From Escherichia coli (GTDB taxonomy: Bacteria > Pseudomonadota > Gammaproteobacteria > Enterobacterales > Enterobacteriaceae): a stretch of 64,000 nucleotides of DNA. Of the stretch, positions 10,485 to 19,426 are shown piece by piece. The notes under the pieces were generated by a model that was not told where the DNA came from, did no database searches, and saw nothing but the letters and a program-made list of their open reading frames with translations. The position numbers were made by a program, and so were the translations under genes. Every line of letters starts with the position of its first letter. The first letter of the stretch is position 1. The stretch lies in the NCBI RefSeq assembly GCF_016903815.1, contig NZ_CP069973.1; one strand, 5' to 3'.

Positions 10485-10920
10485 GTGACAGCCGTATTGT
10501 GGCCCTCATCGGGCCACTTTTCGCCATCAGCCTTTTCTTTAAAGACATATTATCTTTGTATCATTTCTGATAGTTAACATTACAAGATATAAGTAATGGA
10601 CGCACTCCCAATTAGTCTATTTAAATCGCCACGAGTTTAACTGACAACCCATGATCAATTATGAATTGCAACTATTTCTGTAGTCACTTTTGTGGGGACA
10701 GTCCACAAAACTGCCAACTTCCGCTTCTTGCTCTTAGCGGACATTAGCATAGGCTATTTACCATAACGCCTCATTACGCGCACCGCCCAGACTGACTCAG
10801 CGCGTTTCTGGCATATCCCCGGTAAAACAAGTAACAAACCACCCGAAAATGAACACCAGAAACGCGACTTAAGAATCTACCCTATGAATGGATATGCACT
10901 CAACCGAATCGATCTTGGTT

Positions 10921-12234
10921 TCAATCTTTTTTATCGGGATCAGGCTTCTTTTTAGGTAACTTCGGGGGCTTAACTTGCTGATGACTTTGCGTTCGGCGCG
11001 TAAGCCAGGGATGGTCAGCTTTAGGTTTAACATAGTATTTTGAGCGTAAATCAATACGGGCATTATCCACTCGTTCATGGACACTCTTTTCATCATCCAG
11101 TGGTATAGGCTCCGGGCCATCAACATACTTTTCCCAGCCCAGCGCTTTCCCGTCATACAGAACGTTAATTTCACCGTCAAAGTTCTCGCATACAGTAACA
11201 ACCGAATGCCTAAGTCGATATCCCCGGCCCTCACTGCGTACCTGAAACGCACTGCTTTTGTACTGGAAAGTGAGATTTTTAGACAGAACGCGCTTCGCCT
11301 GTAGGCTGAAGATATAACCCAGTTCCTCTTCAGAATGGTGCACATCAAGATGAGCATTATCAGTAGTACGAGGCGACGTAGCGAACCGGTTGTTATAGGC
11401 TTCAATAAAGGTCGGCAACCATGCATTTGCTGTTTCAATATCACTGATATTCTGAAGCCGCATTTCTTTGACCAGCCTGTCCTGTAGTGTCTGATTGGCG
11501 CGCTCTACCCGCCCTTTTGCCTGCGGGCTGTTGGCATGGATTGGCTCGATGCCCAGTGTCTTTATCGCACGAGTGAACTGGGTCAGCTCACCTTCCCGCT
11601 CTGGGTTATTTACCCTGAATATACTGTGTCTATCAGAGTAGAGAGCGAGCGGTACGCCATGATCATTAAGGTAACCCCGGAGGGTTTCCATGTAAGCCCG
11701 GGTTGTTTCAGCAGGCACAAAACGCAACGCCATCAACGCACTGGTGGCATCATCAATGAAAACGATCAGTGTACATCTGGGGCCTCGATTTTCAAACCAG
11801 TCATGAGGTGAGCCATCAATCTGGATCAGTTCACCGTAAGATGGTCGTCGCATGCGGCGTTGATATATACGGGCAATTTTACGACGGCGTTCACGCCATA
11901 ACCCCTCTTCTATCATCCACTTTCTGAGAGTTTCAACGGATAAAGATAAACCGTGTATCTCGCGCAATTTTTCGCACGCAAACGTAGGTCCAAAATCAGC
12001 GTAACGGCCTTTGAGGAGTGAAATTACTGTTGCTCTGAATTCAGTAGAAAAGGAATTATTAGGACGCTTTCCACGTCGGTGGGAAACCAGACCAGAAGGC
12101 CCTTCATTTCTATACCGTTGCACCAGACGTTTAACCTGCCGAATAGAAATGCCAATGCGTGCCGCAGCTTGTTCCTGAATAATCTGAAGTCGGTGGAGTT
12201 CCTTATGACTCATCGTAACAGTCTCTTTGATCAT
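10921..12234 (-). CDS. DDE transposase with N-terminal HTH and rve-type integrase core (IS481/ISNCY-like, family unresolved)
   Basis: 437-aa ORF; the rve/RNase-H-type core is inferred from the overall layout of the protein (segments such as IQIDGSPHDW, LIVFIDDATS, ALYSDRHSIF) and was not verified by a profile search; alternative start at 12213 (MSHKEL). Confidence 0.8.
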   Translation of the reverse strand: MIKETVTMSHKELHRLQIIQEQAAARIGISIRQVKRLVQRYRNEGPSGLVSHRRGKRPNNSFSTEFRATVISLLKGRYADFGPTFACEKLREIHGLSLSVETLRKWMIEEGLWRERRRKIARIYQRRMRRPSYGELIQIDGSPHDWFENRGPRCTLIVFIDDATSALMALRFVPAETTRAYMETLRGYLNDHGVPLALYSDRHSIFRVNNPEREGELTQFTRAIKTLGIEPIHANSPQAKGRVERANQTLQDRLVKEMRLQNISDIETANAWLPTFIEAYNNRFATSPRTTDNAHLDVHHSEEELGYIFSLQAKRVLSKNLTFQYKSSAFQVRSEGRGYRLRHSVVTVCENFDGEINVLYDGKALGWEKYVDGPEPIPLDDEKSVHERVDNARIDLRSKYYVKPKADHPWLTRRTQSHQQVKPPKLPKKKPDPDKKD

Positions 12235-12451
12235 GAAAAATCCCCCAGAGAATTGTCTGGGGACATTTTAGAATGGTTCAAAGGGGACATTACAGCTTGG
12301 TGTTAACAATAGCCTGCTTCTCCGTGCCTTTCGGCACGTAAGAGGCTAACCTACATGTGTCTAGCATGAAATTGGCCTCAGATTAATGTTAAGCGTCTTG
12401 CAGGACGCGTAATGTTAACTGGGGCTTTTCTCTATCTGCCTTTGGTGTTCG

Positions 12452-12481
12452 TGCCCGAGGCAGATAGCCTCAAGCACCCGC
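12452..12481 (+). repeat. Direct repeat copy A flanking the kwaAB-like cassette
   Basis: TGCCCGAGGCAGATAGCCTCAAGCACCCGC; 14-nt core CCTCAAGCACCCGC identical to copy B at 14487-14500; preceded by inverted repeat CTATCTGCC/GGCAGATAG. Confidence 0.6.
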
Positions 12482-12717
12482 CGTGATTCTACAAAAACAT
12501 TACCCACCTTTCCAGCAATTCACAACAACTCCATGCAAATAGTAAGTAGAATAATAAGTTATTAGTATTAGCAATTTACTTAGTTTCTAATTTGTGCCAA
12601 TGATTTTCATTTTTGCATGAAAAATACCTTAACATTTTATATTTACTTACTATTTGTAAGCCCCATCAGTTCTTTCTGATGGCGGCTGGTATTTCAGTTC
12701 CAGATATAGTATATGCT

Positions 12718-13746
12718 TTACGCCTTAATAGGGTTAATCACATTTCCGCTATCCGTACCATAGTATTTTTTTGTAGTCATGCCTTGTTTATAATAATCAT
12801 TTAACAGTTTGAGAAAGTTTCTTCCTTGCCTCTCATCTTCTATGACTAATTTACCATGCTCATTGGTCTTAAACTCTTCGTTCTGAAACATTTTTAGCAC
12901 ATCATTCATAGCTTGAACATCATTCTTTTCCAGAACCGTATGGTTACCTTTCTCAGCGATATGAGTGAGAATTTTTCTCAGTGATGGCTTATGAAGAATA
13001 GCTTGTTCAATAACATCTAAACCTTCAATAAGATCAAGTTCTTTAATTGTATTTAATGTTTTTTGTGCAGCTTCTGTAAACTCAACCTCCAAGCCTACAA
13101 TAGCCTCAAAACTTTTCTTATGAAATACATAAAATTGATCTTTTATATAAATACAATCGATTTTGTCATCAAAATTGACTGCGCTGCCATCAAATGATCT
13201 TAACTCTTTATCTGTTTTATCAAACAAAGCGAATACGCGCTGAGTCATATTTTGTGGTTCATTTGTTGTGACTTTCCCCCTGCTGATTTTTCGGAAAGAA
13301 TAAGTGACGTCAGCCCCCTTTTGGACTTTAATACAATAGGCCCACAAATCATTCTGAACCTCAGCAAGAGAGGTAAGTACAACTGGTTTATCATTCTTTA
13401 TATCGTTATTAATAACTTTTGAAAACGATATCGCGTTATTCATAGCATAGGCATAAATTTTATTATCAATATCATCATCAATAACAGTATGCTTTTTCAT
13501 CACAATATCATCTTTCGAAGCATGAGAAATAATCTGGTTTGATAAAGTATACTTAAAAAATTTAGCAATATCTGGAGCGATTGGAGCTTTAATGATTTTA
13601 AAATCGAATTTATCAACAACTCTTGCGGTTCTACTCATACCCGCTTTAAGATGTCTAGTAATGAAATACAACGATATTTTCGCCGCATCATCATCCTTAA
13701 GTTGCTCAGCATACTCTAATAATTCTTCAAGCTTTAACATTTTCAT
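12718..13746 (-). CDS. Soluble 342-aa protein, candidate Kiwa KwaB-like (DUF4868-like) defense component
   Basis: Second gene of an AT-rich two-gene operon, 4-nt overlap with the upstream membrane-protein gene; family assignment by architecture only. Confidence 0.55.
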   Translation of the reverse strand: MKMLKLEELLEYAEQLKDDDAAKISLYFITRHLKAGMSRTARVVDKFDFKIIKAPIAPDIAKFFKYTLSNQIISHASKDDIVMKKHTVIDDDIDNKIYAYAMNNAISFSKVINNDIKNDKPVVLTSLAEVQNDLWAYCIKVQKGADVTYSFRKISRGKVTTNEPQNMTQRVFALFDKTDKELRSFDGSAVNFDDKIDCIYIKDQFYVFHKKSFEAIVGLEVEFTEAAQKTLNTIKELDLIEGLDVIEQAILHKPSLRKILTHIAEKGNHTVLEKNDVQAMNDVLKMFQNEEFKTNEHGKLVIEDERQGRNFLKLLNDYYKQGMTTKKYYGTDSGNVINPIKA

Positions 13747-14357
13747 TCCTTATGGGATTCAGCATAAAAAAGTTTTGGGCCCACGTCCTCAACATCAAGA
13801 AGATCATCTTCCTCCAAATACTTTGATTTAGTCAAAACCATACCAGTGCGTTTTTTGTCGCTTTCTAAATCCAAATATGTAACTTGATATAAAGTATAAT
13901 TAATACTTATTGTAGGATTTATAAGTATCATGCTTGAATTAATATATATTAAAGCCGTTACCGTTAACAATATTGCTATAGGTATAACATTAGTTAAAGT
14001 GGATAGATCCTGAAATACAAACGGAATTATATATGTAAAAAGATAGCTTATTGATTCATTGTTTTTATTTTCAATATCTATAACTCTTACAGTTCTACCA
14101 CTAGTGGCGCATCGACGTTTTATATTTTTTAAAAAAATTGTTAATCCTACAATACCAAATAATGATAATACACCAATGACACTGACCGCGCCAAAGTATT
14201 TAAAGAAAATAGTTAATGATTCAACACTTATACCTTTCCAATTTAAATAGCTTCTATAAGTATACAATTGCACAAAACACATGATAAAGAATAGGGGAAG
14301 GTATGACACTATAAATAGCGAAACTCTAGCACCTAAATGTAGTTTATTTACTCTCAT
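13743..14357 (-). CDS. Four-helix integral membrane protein, candidate Kiwa KwaA-like
   Basis: 204 aa with four hydrophobic segments (about residues 12-32, 55-76, 103-115, 125-140) and an acidic C-terminal tail; -10-like TAAAAT about 30 nt upstream. Confidence 0.55.
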   Translation of the reverse strand: MRVNKLHLGARVSLFIVSYLPLFFIMCFVQLYTYRSYLNWKGISVESLTIFFKYFGAVSVIGVLSLFGIVGLTIFLKNIKRRCATSGRTVRVIDIENKNNESISYLFTYIIPFVFQDLSTLTNVIPIAILLTVTALIYINSSMILINPTISINYTLYQVTYLDLESDKKRTGMVLTKSKYLEEDDLLDVEDVGPKLFYAESHKE

Positions 14358-14470
14358 AACTACCCCACAGCCTACACGTCTAGTATTTTATGTTATTTCG
14401 AATAATTATGCATCAGATTACCATCCTACAATTGTGCATAAAACGAGCATTTTGCTGATTTTTCTGCGGA

Positions 14471-14500
14471 TGCCTGAGACAGACAACCTCAAGCACCCGC
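14471..14500 (+). repeat. Direct repeat copy B flanking the kwaAB-like cassette
   Basis: TGCCTGAGACAGACAACCTCAAGCACCCGC, about 80 percent identical to copy A over 30 bp, same orientation. Confidence 0.6.
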
Positions 14501-14565
14501 AGCAATTTTACTTAACTCCCGCTACCTCGCCAATATGAAATCAATAAGAAAGGTGCTCCATAAAA

Positions 14566-15252
14566 TCACTCCTTCTCTTCTTTATCGTAGTGGAGTTGAC
14601 CAATTTTGATAAGAGGGCGTCCCTGAGATTTGCGGTGTAGATTGGTATCGCGCAGAGAATACACACAGCCACAATATTCCTGCTGATAGAATTTTTCGCG
14701 CTTGCTGATTTCAATCATGCGGGACGAGCCGCCCTGCTTGCGCCAGTTATAATCCCAGTACACCATGCCCGGATAATGCGCGACGGCTCGCCGCCCACAG
14801 TCGTTAACCTGCTGCATATTTTTCCAGCGTGAAATGCCCAGTGAACTGCTGATCACACTGAAACCATTTTCAGCAGCGTACAGCGCTGTCCGCTCAAAAC
14901 GCATGTCAAAACACATGGTACAACGGATCCCCCTCTCGGGCTCCCATTCCATTCCTTTGGCACGTTCAAACCAGTTGTCTGTGTCGTAATCAGCATCAAT
15001 AAATGGCACGCCGTGTTGTTCAGCAAAGCGAATATTCTCATCCTTACGAATTAAATACTCTTTCTGAGGATGAATGTTCGGGTTGTAGAAAAAGATGGTA
15101 TAGTCGATTCTCGAGGCCTGAAGTGCCTCCATCACTTCACCGGAACATGGAGCACAGCAAGAGTGCAGTAGTAGTTTGTTTGCCCCGTTTGGGAGCTCCA
15201 ATTTAGGCCGTTTGAAATCAGCAATAGTCATAAATATTTTTATTGGGGTCAT
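14566..15252 (-). CDS. QueH-like (DUF208) epoxyqueuosine-reductase homolog
   Basis: N-terminal [11 protein letters not shown] motif plus further conserved Cys (CTMC, CGC); alternative start at 15231. Confidence 0.65.
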   Translation of the reverse strand: MTPIKIFMTIADFKRPKLELPNGANKLLLHSCCAPCSGEVMEALQASRIDYTIFFYNPNIHPQKEYLIRKDENIRFAEQHGVPFIDADYDTDNWFERAKGMEWEPERGIRCTMCFDMRFERTALYAAENGFSVISSSLGISRWKNMQQVNDCGRRAVAHYPGMVYWDYNWRKQGGSSRMIEISKREKFYQQEYCGCVYSLRDTNLHRKSQGRPLIKIGQLHYDKEEKE

Positions 15253-15433
15253 AAAAATAGCACAGAGTGTGGCATCAGAGCAGGGCTATCGGGAATAGAT
15301 GTCTAAATCTGGTAATATCTGCTTTTGACGCATAGCAGACAACCACGCTAGCTCAATCCTGTGCCGTGAAAATGTCAATTCACATCTGAACTAATGCTCT
15401 TTAATCTAGTTACGTCTATAAATAACGAAAATT

Positions 15434-15832
15434 TCACTGATAAAATGCCAGTATGCGCTGCATAACTTCGCTCTTCCGGCACTCACAGCAAATTATGTTT
15501 TGGTGCCTGTCATAACGACGTATTTCTCCGTCAGGTAATGACCAGATAAGGTCCGGATCAACCACAGATGTTTTCTTCACCTTTGCCCTCGAGAGTTTTT
15601 TGCGGGCGTTTTGCCAGTCCTTACGAGCCTGTTCAGACGGGAATAACCCGTAGCCAGAGTTATATACATCACCACTGGCAACCAGCTCTCTGGCGAGAAC
15701 GCTCATCAGATATCTTGTCGCACCTGTCTTGGCTTCCAGTTGCCGTAACGTCTCGCGCCCACTCCGGCGTACTAGCTCAACAACCTGCCCCTTGATTTTT
15801 TCCCGCTCTTCTTGTGTAAAAACTTTTGCCAC
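15434..15832 (-). CDS. Hypothetical prophage early protein (132 aa)
   Basis: ORF downstream of the replication gene on the same strand; CCxC motif near the C-terminus. Confidence 0.45.
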   Translation of the reverse strand: MAKVFTQEEREKIKGQVVELVRRSGRETLRQLEAKTGATRYLMSVLARELVASGDVYNSGYGLFPSEQARKDWQNARKKLSRAKVKKTSVVDPDLIWSLPDGEIRRYDRHQNIICCECRKSEVMQRILAFYQ

Positions 15833-15872
15833 AAGTCCCCCTTAAAATTACCTCATGACCTGAAATCAAAAC

Positions 15873-16892
15873 TTATCCTCTGAAACCAGGCGGAATTTCT
15901 GTATCCGGTTCAGAAATATGATTAACACAACGCTGTACAGGTGAACGCCCCAGGCGGATGACCAGTTCGTCCCATTTTTCGCGGAGCTTTGACGGGCTCA
16001 TGATGTTTTTTACCCAGAATGGATCCCGCTGTACCCGACCAAACATTTCACAAATTTGTCTGTGACTTCTGCCATCCAGCATCCGCATTGTGCGCACATC
16101 ATTGGCCCAGACAGTCCAGTTAGGCTCTTTTGGTCGCATGATCTCGCCATCATCACTGGCGGCCTGTTCGTAGAGACCCACGATCCGCCCCCATATCCAC
16201 TGCGCACACGCCAGATCCTCCTGGCTACCCCACTGGCGTTTTTTCGCACTAAACACAACTGCGCCAGGGTGCCGGATTAAAAAATCCTGTTCAGCCGTCT
16301 GCGGGTCCGGTTGCGAAGCTTCCGGACGAAAAGTGTTTTTATTCTCTGTAGTAATCTCTGTTGTATTCTCTGTAGGATCATCGGGCCATTTTGACCCGAT
16401 GACATTGGGTCGTTTTGAACCAATGGAGCGTTTCATTTTGACCTCTTCCATCGTGTCATTTTGACCTGATGGAGCGGCGCATTTTGAACCGATGGATTCG
16501 CTCAATTTGCCATCATCTAAAAGCTCGCTCCCATAGTTAATCGTGTAGAAATTGGTCATATCGCGCTTTGATTTATTGAGCTTTTCACAACGCAAAAGCC
16601 CCAGCGTTTTCAGACTTGCAAACGCGCGCTTTAACGTTGACTCTGACCAGAATGGGAACTGTTCCAGCCATTGTTCCGTTGTGTTGTAAATCCAGCGAAC
16701 ACCATCACATTCCATGCCGGAATTGGTATCTCTCAACCAGTAATGCAACTGCTGCAACACAATGGCTTCATTTAAGCCAATCTTCATCGCAAGCTGTGTG
16801 TTTATAACCAGTGGGCGTTCAGCAAAAAGAAGGCTCATAATTCCATCCAGCTTTTTGTTGGTATTGCTGTCGATACGCAAGCTTGAAAGCAA
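15873..16892 (-). CDS. Phage replication initiator (lambda O-like)
   Basis: 339-aa ORF with HTH-like N-terminal domain; central IGSK repeats encoded by DNA iterons; start codon uncertain. Confidence 0.65.
   Translation of the reverse strand: MLSSLRIDSNTNKKLDGIMSLLFAERPLVINTQLAMKIGLNEAIVLQQLHYWLRDTNSGMECDGVRWIYNTTEQWLEQFPFWSESTLKRAFASLKTLGLLRCEKLNKSKRDMTNFYTINYGSELLDDGKLSESIGSKCAAPSGQNDTMEEVKMKRSIGSKRPNVIGSKWPDDPTENTTEITTENKNTFRPEASQPDPQTAEQDFLIRHPGAVVFSAKKRQWGSQEDLACAQWIWGRIVGLYEQAASDDGEIMRPKEPNWTVWANDVRTMRMLDGRSHRQICEMFGRVQRDPFWVKNIMSPSKLREKWDELVIRLGRSPVQRCVNHISEPDTEIPPGFRG
16330..16520. repeat. Candidate phage origin: five to six iterons (consensus about CATTTTGACCYGATGG) plus adjacent ATTCTCTGTAG repeats, inside the O-like gene
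   Basis: Tandem near-repeats at roughly 20-24-bp spacing between 16385 and 16520, AT-rich repeats at 16340-16378. Confidence 0.6.
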
Positions 16893-17340
16893 TTGCTTTT
16901 TCTATAAGTTCGTCAGTTTCACGATCCACTACGGCAGGATCAGCAAAAAGCAGTCCGGACTCCACCACATCGCCATATTCTTTGTTTAACCCGGCGATCA
17001 TGCACGTGATGCTTTTTCCGTCAGTAATTTCACGATACAACCTGAAATCACTAATCCGGATAGCCTCCATAATCGCAGGCACTAGCGCCGTGAACTTTTC
17101 ACGCTTATCCCTGGTGTCGATAGCCTTCCAGCGTTCGAATATCTTCACTCGATTAACGCCAAGCGCTCGCTGATCAACCGCGCCACCTTCATCTGTGACA
17201 CGCTGAACATCGATGTTCGGGCGCTCTTTCAAAGCCCAGAATGCTTCAGTGATTAATATCGTCGCCTGCTCCTGTGTCATTCCTGGTCGACATATCCAGG
17301 CATCCAGAGCCTCACGAGCCTGTTCAGGAGTGATTTTCAT
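16819..17340 (-). CDS. Hypothetical early protein in the cII position (173 aa)
   Basis: ORF between the cro-like dicC and the O-like gene; function not recognisable. Confidence 0.45.
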   Translation of the reverse strand: MKITPEQAREALDAWICRPGMTQEQATILITEAFWALKERPNIDVQRVTDEGGAVDQRALGVNRVKIFERWKAIDTRDKREKFTALVPAIMEAIRISDFRLYREITDGKSITCMIAGLNKEYGDVVESGLLFADPAVVDRETDELIEKAIAFKLAYRQQYQQKAGWNYEPSFC

Positions 17341-17554
17341 TGTTCAACCGCCCCGCCCGCTTCGTCTTACGATATTCATCATAAACTTTGGGATCATACT
17401 GAAGCTCCCCGCCAGATGCCTCCTGTAGACGCATCGCGCGACCTTCAGGAACCAGTATCCCCCAAGCAGCAACACTTGCCAGCCTCACTCCTGCGGCATT
17501 GGCAAGCTTTGTTTTGCTGCCAAAAAAAGTAATTGCGTCAACTTTAAGCATCAA
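17324..17554 (-). CDS. dicC: Cro-like repressor DicC
   Basis: 76-aa ORF divergent from dicA; sequence recalled as DicC. Confidence 0.75.
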   Translation of the reverse strand: MMLKVDAITFFGSKTKLANAAGVRLASVAAWGILVPEGRAMRLQEASGGELQYDPKVYDEYRKTKRAGRLNNENHS

Positions 17555-17631
17555 AGCCCCCTCTTGTTAGACTTTTCTAACATTATTGTGCGCGGGATAC
17601 CTAAGTCAAGAAAAATTAGAATTACCTAACT

Positions 17632-18039
17632 ATGGATACAAGAACCCTGGGCCAGCGAGTTCTGGCGCGACGAAAAGAATTACGCTTAACACAACGAGAA
17701 GCCGCGCGCCTCGCTGGAGTTGCTCACGTCACAATTTCACAATGGGAAAGAGACGAAACCCAGCCAGTCGGAAAACGATTGTTTGCTTTAGCGGATGCTC
17801 TGAAGTGCTCACCTACATGGCTAATGTTTGGTGACGAAGACAAGGCACCAGTGCCTGCACAAGAACTTCATGTGGAAACAGAGCTAACTCCCAACCACAA
17901 AGAATTGATCGAATTATTCGATGCTCTTCCATCTTCCGAGCAGGAAGCCTTGCTGTCTGAAATGCGCGCAAGAGTAGAAAACTTCAACAAACTCTTCGAA
18001 GAAATGCTTAAAGCGCGTAAAAATAAATCAATAAAATAA
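17632..18039 (+). CDS. dicA: HTH-XRE repressor DicA
   Basis: 135 aa MDTRTLGQRVLARRKELRLTQREAARLAGVAHVTISQWERDETQP…. Confidence 0.9.
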   Translation: MDTRTLGQRVLARRKELRLTQREAARLAGVAHVTISQWERDETQPVGKRLFALADALKCSPTWLMFGDEDKAPVPAQELHVETELTPNHKELIELFDALPSSEQEALLSEMRARVENFNKLFEEMLKARKNKSIK

Positions 18040-18207
18040 CATTCTTTTCAAGTGATTAGTTGCGTCCACCCTTTTTGTTAGATCAATCTAACAAAAAACA
18101 CTTGCCTCTCATGTTAGGTTATTCTAAATTATTTTCCATCAAGACACCGCACGGTGTTCTCAGCAAACAGTTCCGCTACCCCGGCGTTAAGGGGAAATGA
18201 GGTCAGC

Positions 18208-18363
18208 ATGGATACTATCGATCTTGGCAACAACGAATCTCTGGTGTACGGCGTGTTTCCAAACCAGGACGGCACGTTCACCGCAATGACGTATACCAAA
18301 AGCAAAACGTTTAAAACCGAAAATGGTGCCCGTCGCTGGCTGGAAAGAAACTCAGGTGAGTGA
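18208..18363 (+). CDS. ydfA: YdfA-like small protein (51 aa)
   Basis: MDTIDLGNNESLVYGVFPNQDGTFTAMTYTKSKTFKTENGARRWLERNSGE within ORF 18154..18363. Confidence 0.75.
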   Translation: MDTIDLGNNESLVYGVFPNQDGTFTAMTYTKSKTFKTENGARRWLERNSGE

Positions 18364-18364
18364 T

Positions 18365-18940
18365 ATGGATTTCGACACAATCATGGAAAAGGCTTACGAA
18401 GAATACTTCGAAGGCCTTGCCGAAGGCGAAGAAGCTCTCAGCTTCAGTGAGTTTAAACAGGCACTCAGAATAAGAATGTGCTCTCACAATGACGCGGAGC
18501 ACAAATATGAGAAGCAAAATCAGACCGCAGAAAATTTTGTTCTGGAACCCGGAGAAACGCTTTTCAAAATTCCCGTTACGTGCCCCATTTGCGGTTTTAC
18601 ATCAGAAGAACTTGACGACTCCTGTAACAATCAGGAAACAACCAAGTATGTCGAAGATGATACCGAGTGCGCACGAAGAACGATTATATCCACGAGTCCA
18701 AACTCCAGGACCAATAAATCTCACTTTGAGAGGGTGATTAATCCACTCCCCCAAACCAATAAAAAAGATGCCGGAGGACAAAAAACCCAATGGAACAACG
18801 GGATATCTGTCAAAAAAAGACGTTCCATTAAAGACAAACAACGCAGCGCCAACAACTGTAAGCGCTTTATACCAGTAATCAATTTTCATGTTCTTAAGCG
18901 GATTTATTGGTGGTTGCGACATTGCTTAATGAATCCTTAA
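18365..18940 (+). CDS. YdfB/YdfC-region protein, continuous 191-aa ORF with CPICG motif
   Basis: ATG 2 nt after the ydfA stop; start of ORF 18323..18940 trimmed to MDFDTIMEKAYEEYFEG…. Confidence 0.45.
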   Translation: MDFDTIMEKAYEEYFEGLAEGEEALSFSEFKQALRIRMCSHNDAEHKYEKQNQTAENFVLEPGETLFKIPVTCPICGFTSEELDDSCNNQETTKYVEDDTECARRTIISTSPNSRTNKSHFERVINPLPQTNKKDAGGQKTQWNNGISVKKRRSIKDKQRSANNCKRFIPVINFHVLKRIYWWLRHCLMNP

Positions 18941-19199
18941 AACTGTGGTGATTTTAAGGATACCACCTCGCCTGACGTGGTTAAAAGCAGGCACACAACA
19001 CGAAAGCGCACGGCGAAGTTCGTCTCACTGTACGGTGTCGTTAAATTTAATTCGACCGTGCGCTTCCGGTTGTGGCAACCCGCGAAATGGCGCGGCGGTA
19101 AGTATGGCGGGGTTATTCCTTCCCCGTTGAGGACACCGAGTTGTCAGGTTGACCATACGCTTAAGTGACAACCCCGCTGCAACGCCCTCTGTTATCAAT

Positions 19200-19257
19200 T
19201 TTCTGGTGACGTTTGGCGGTATCAGTTTTACTCCGTGACTGCTCTGCCGCCGTTTTT
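19200..19257 (+). ncRNA. dicF: DicF small regulatory RNA
   Basis: TTTCTGGTGACGTTTGGCGGTATCAGTTTTACTCCGTGACTGCTCTGCCGCC followed by a T-tract, matching recalled DicF. Confidence 0.85.
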
Positions 19258-19426
19258 AAAGTGAATTTTGTGATGCGGTGAATGCGGCTAAGCGCACGCG
19301 GAACAGTTAAAACCAAAAACAGTGTTATGGGTGGATTCTCTGTATCCGGCGTTAATTGTTAACTGGTTAACGTCACCTGGAGGCACCAGGCACTGCATCA
19401 CAAAATTCATTGTTGAGGACGCGATA

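Noticed and set aside
10869-11444. 191-aa ORF overlapping the transposase gene in another frame
   Set aside because: Entirely inside the 437-aa transposase ORF on the same strand; no independent start signals.
10573-12417. 12-bp inverted match AGTTAACATTAC as terminal inverted repeats of the transposase element
   Set aside because: Half of the match is the self-complementary GTTAAC hexamer, so it is likely chance; element ends remain undefined.
13743-14357. RexA/RexB-type exclusion system as the identity of the membrane + soluble pair
   Set aside because: In lambda the soluble RexA gene precedes the 4-TM RexB gene and sizes are 279/144 aa; here the membrane protein is first and is 204 aa, which fits Kiwa better.
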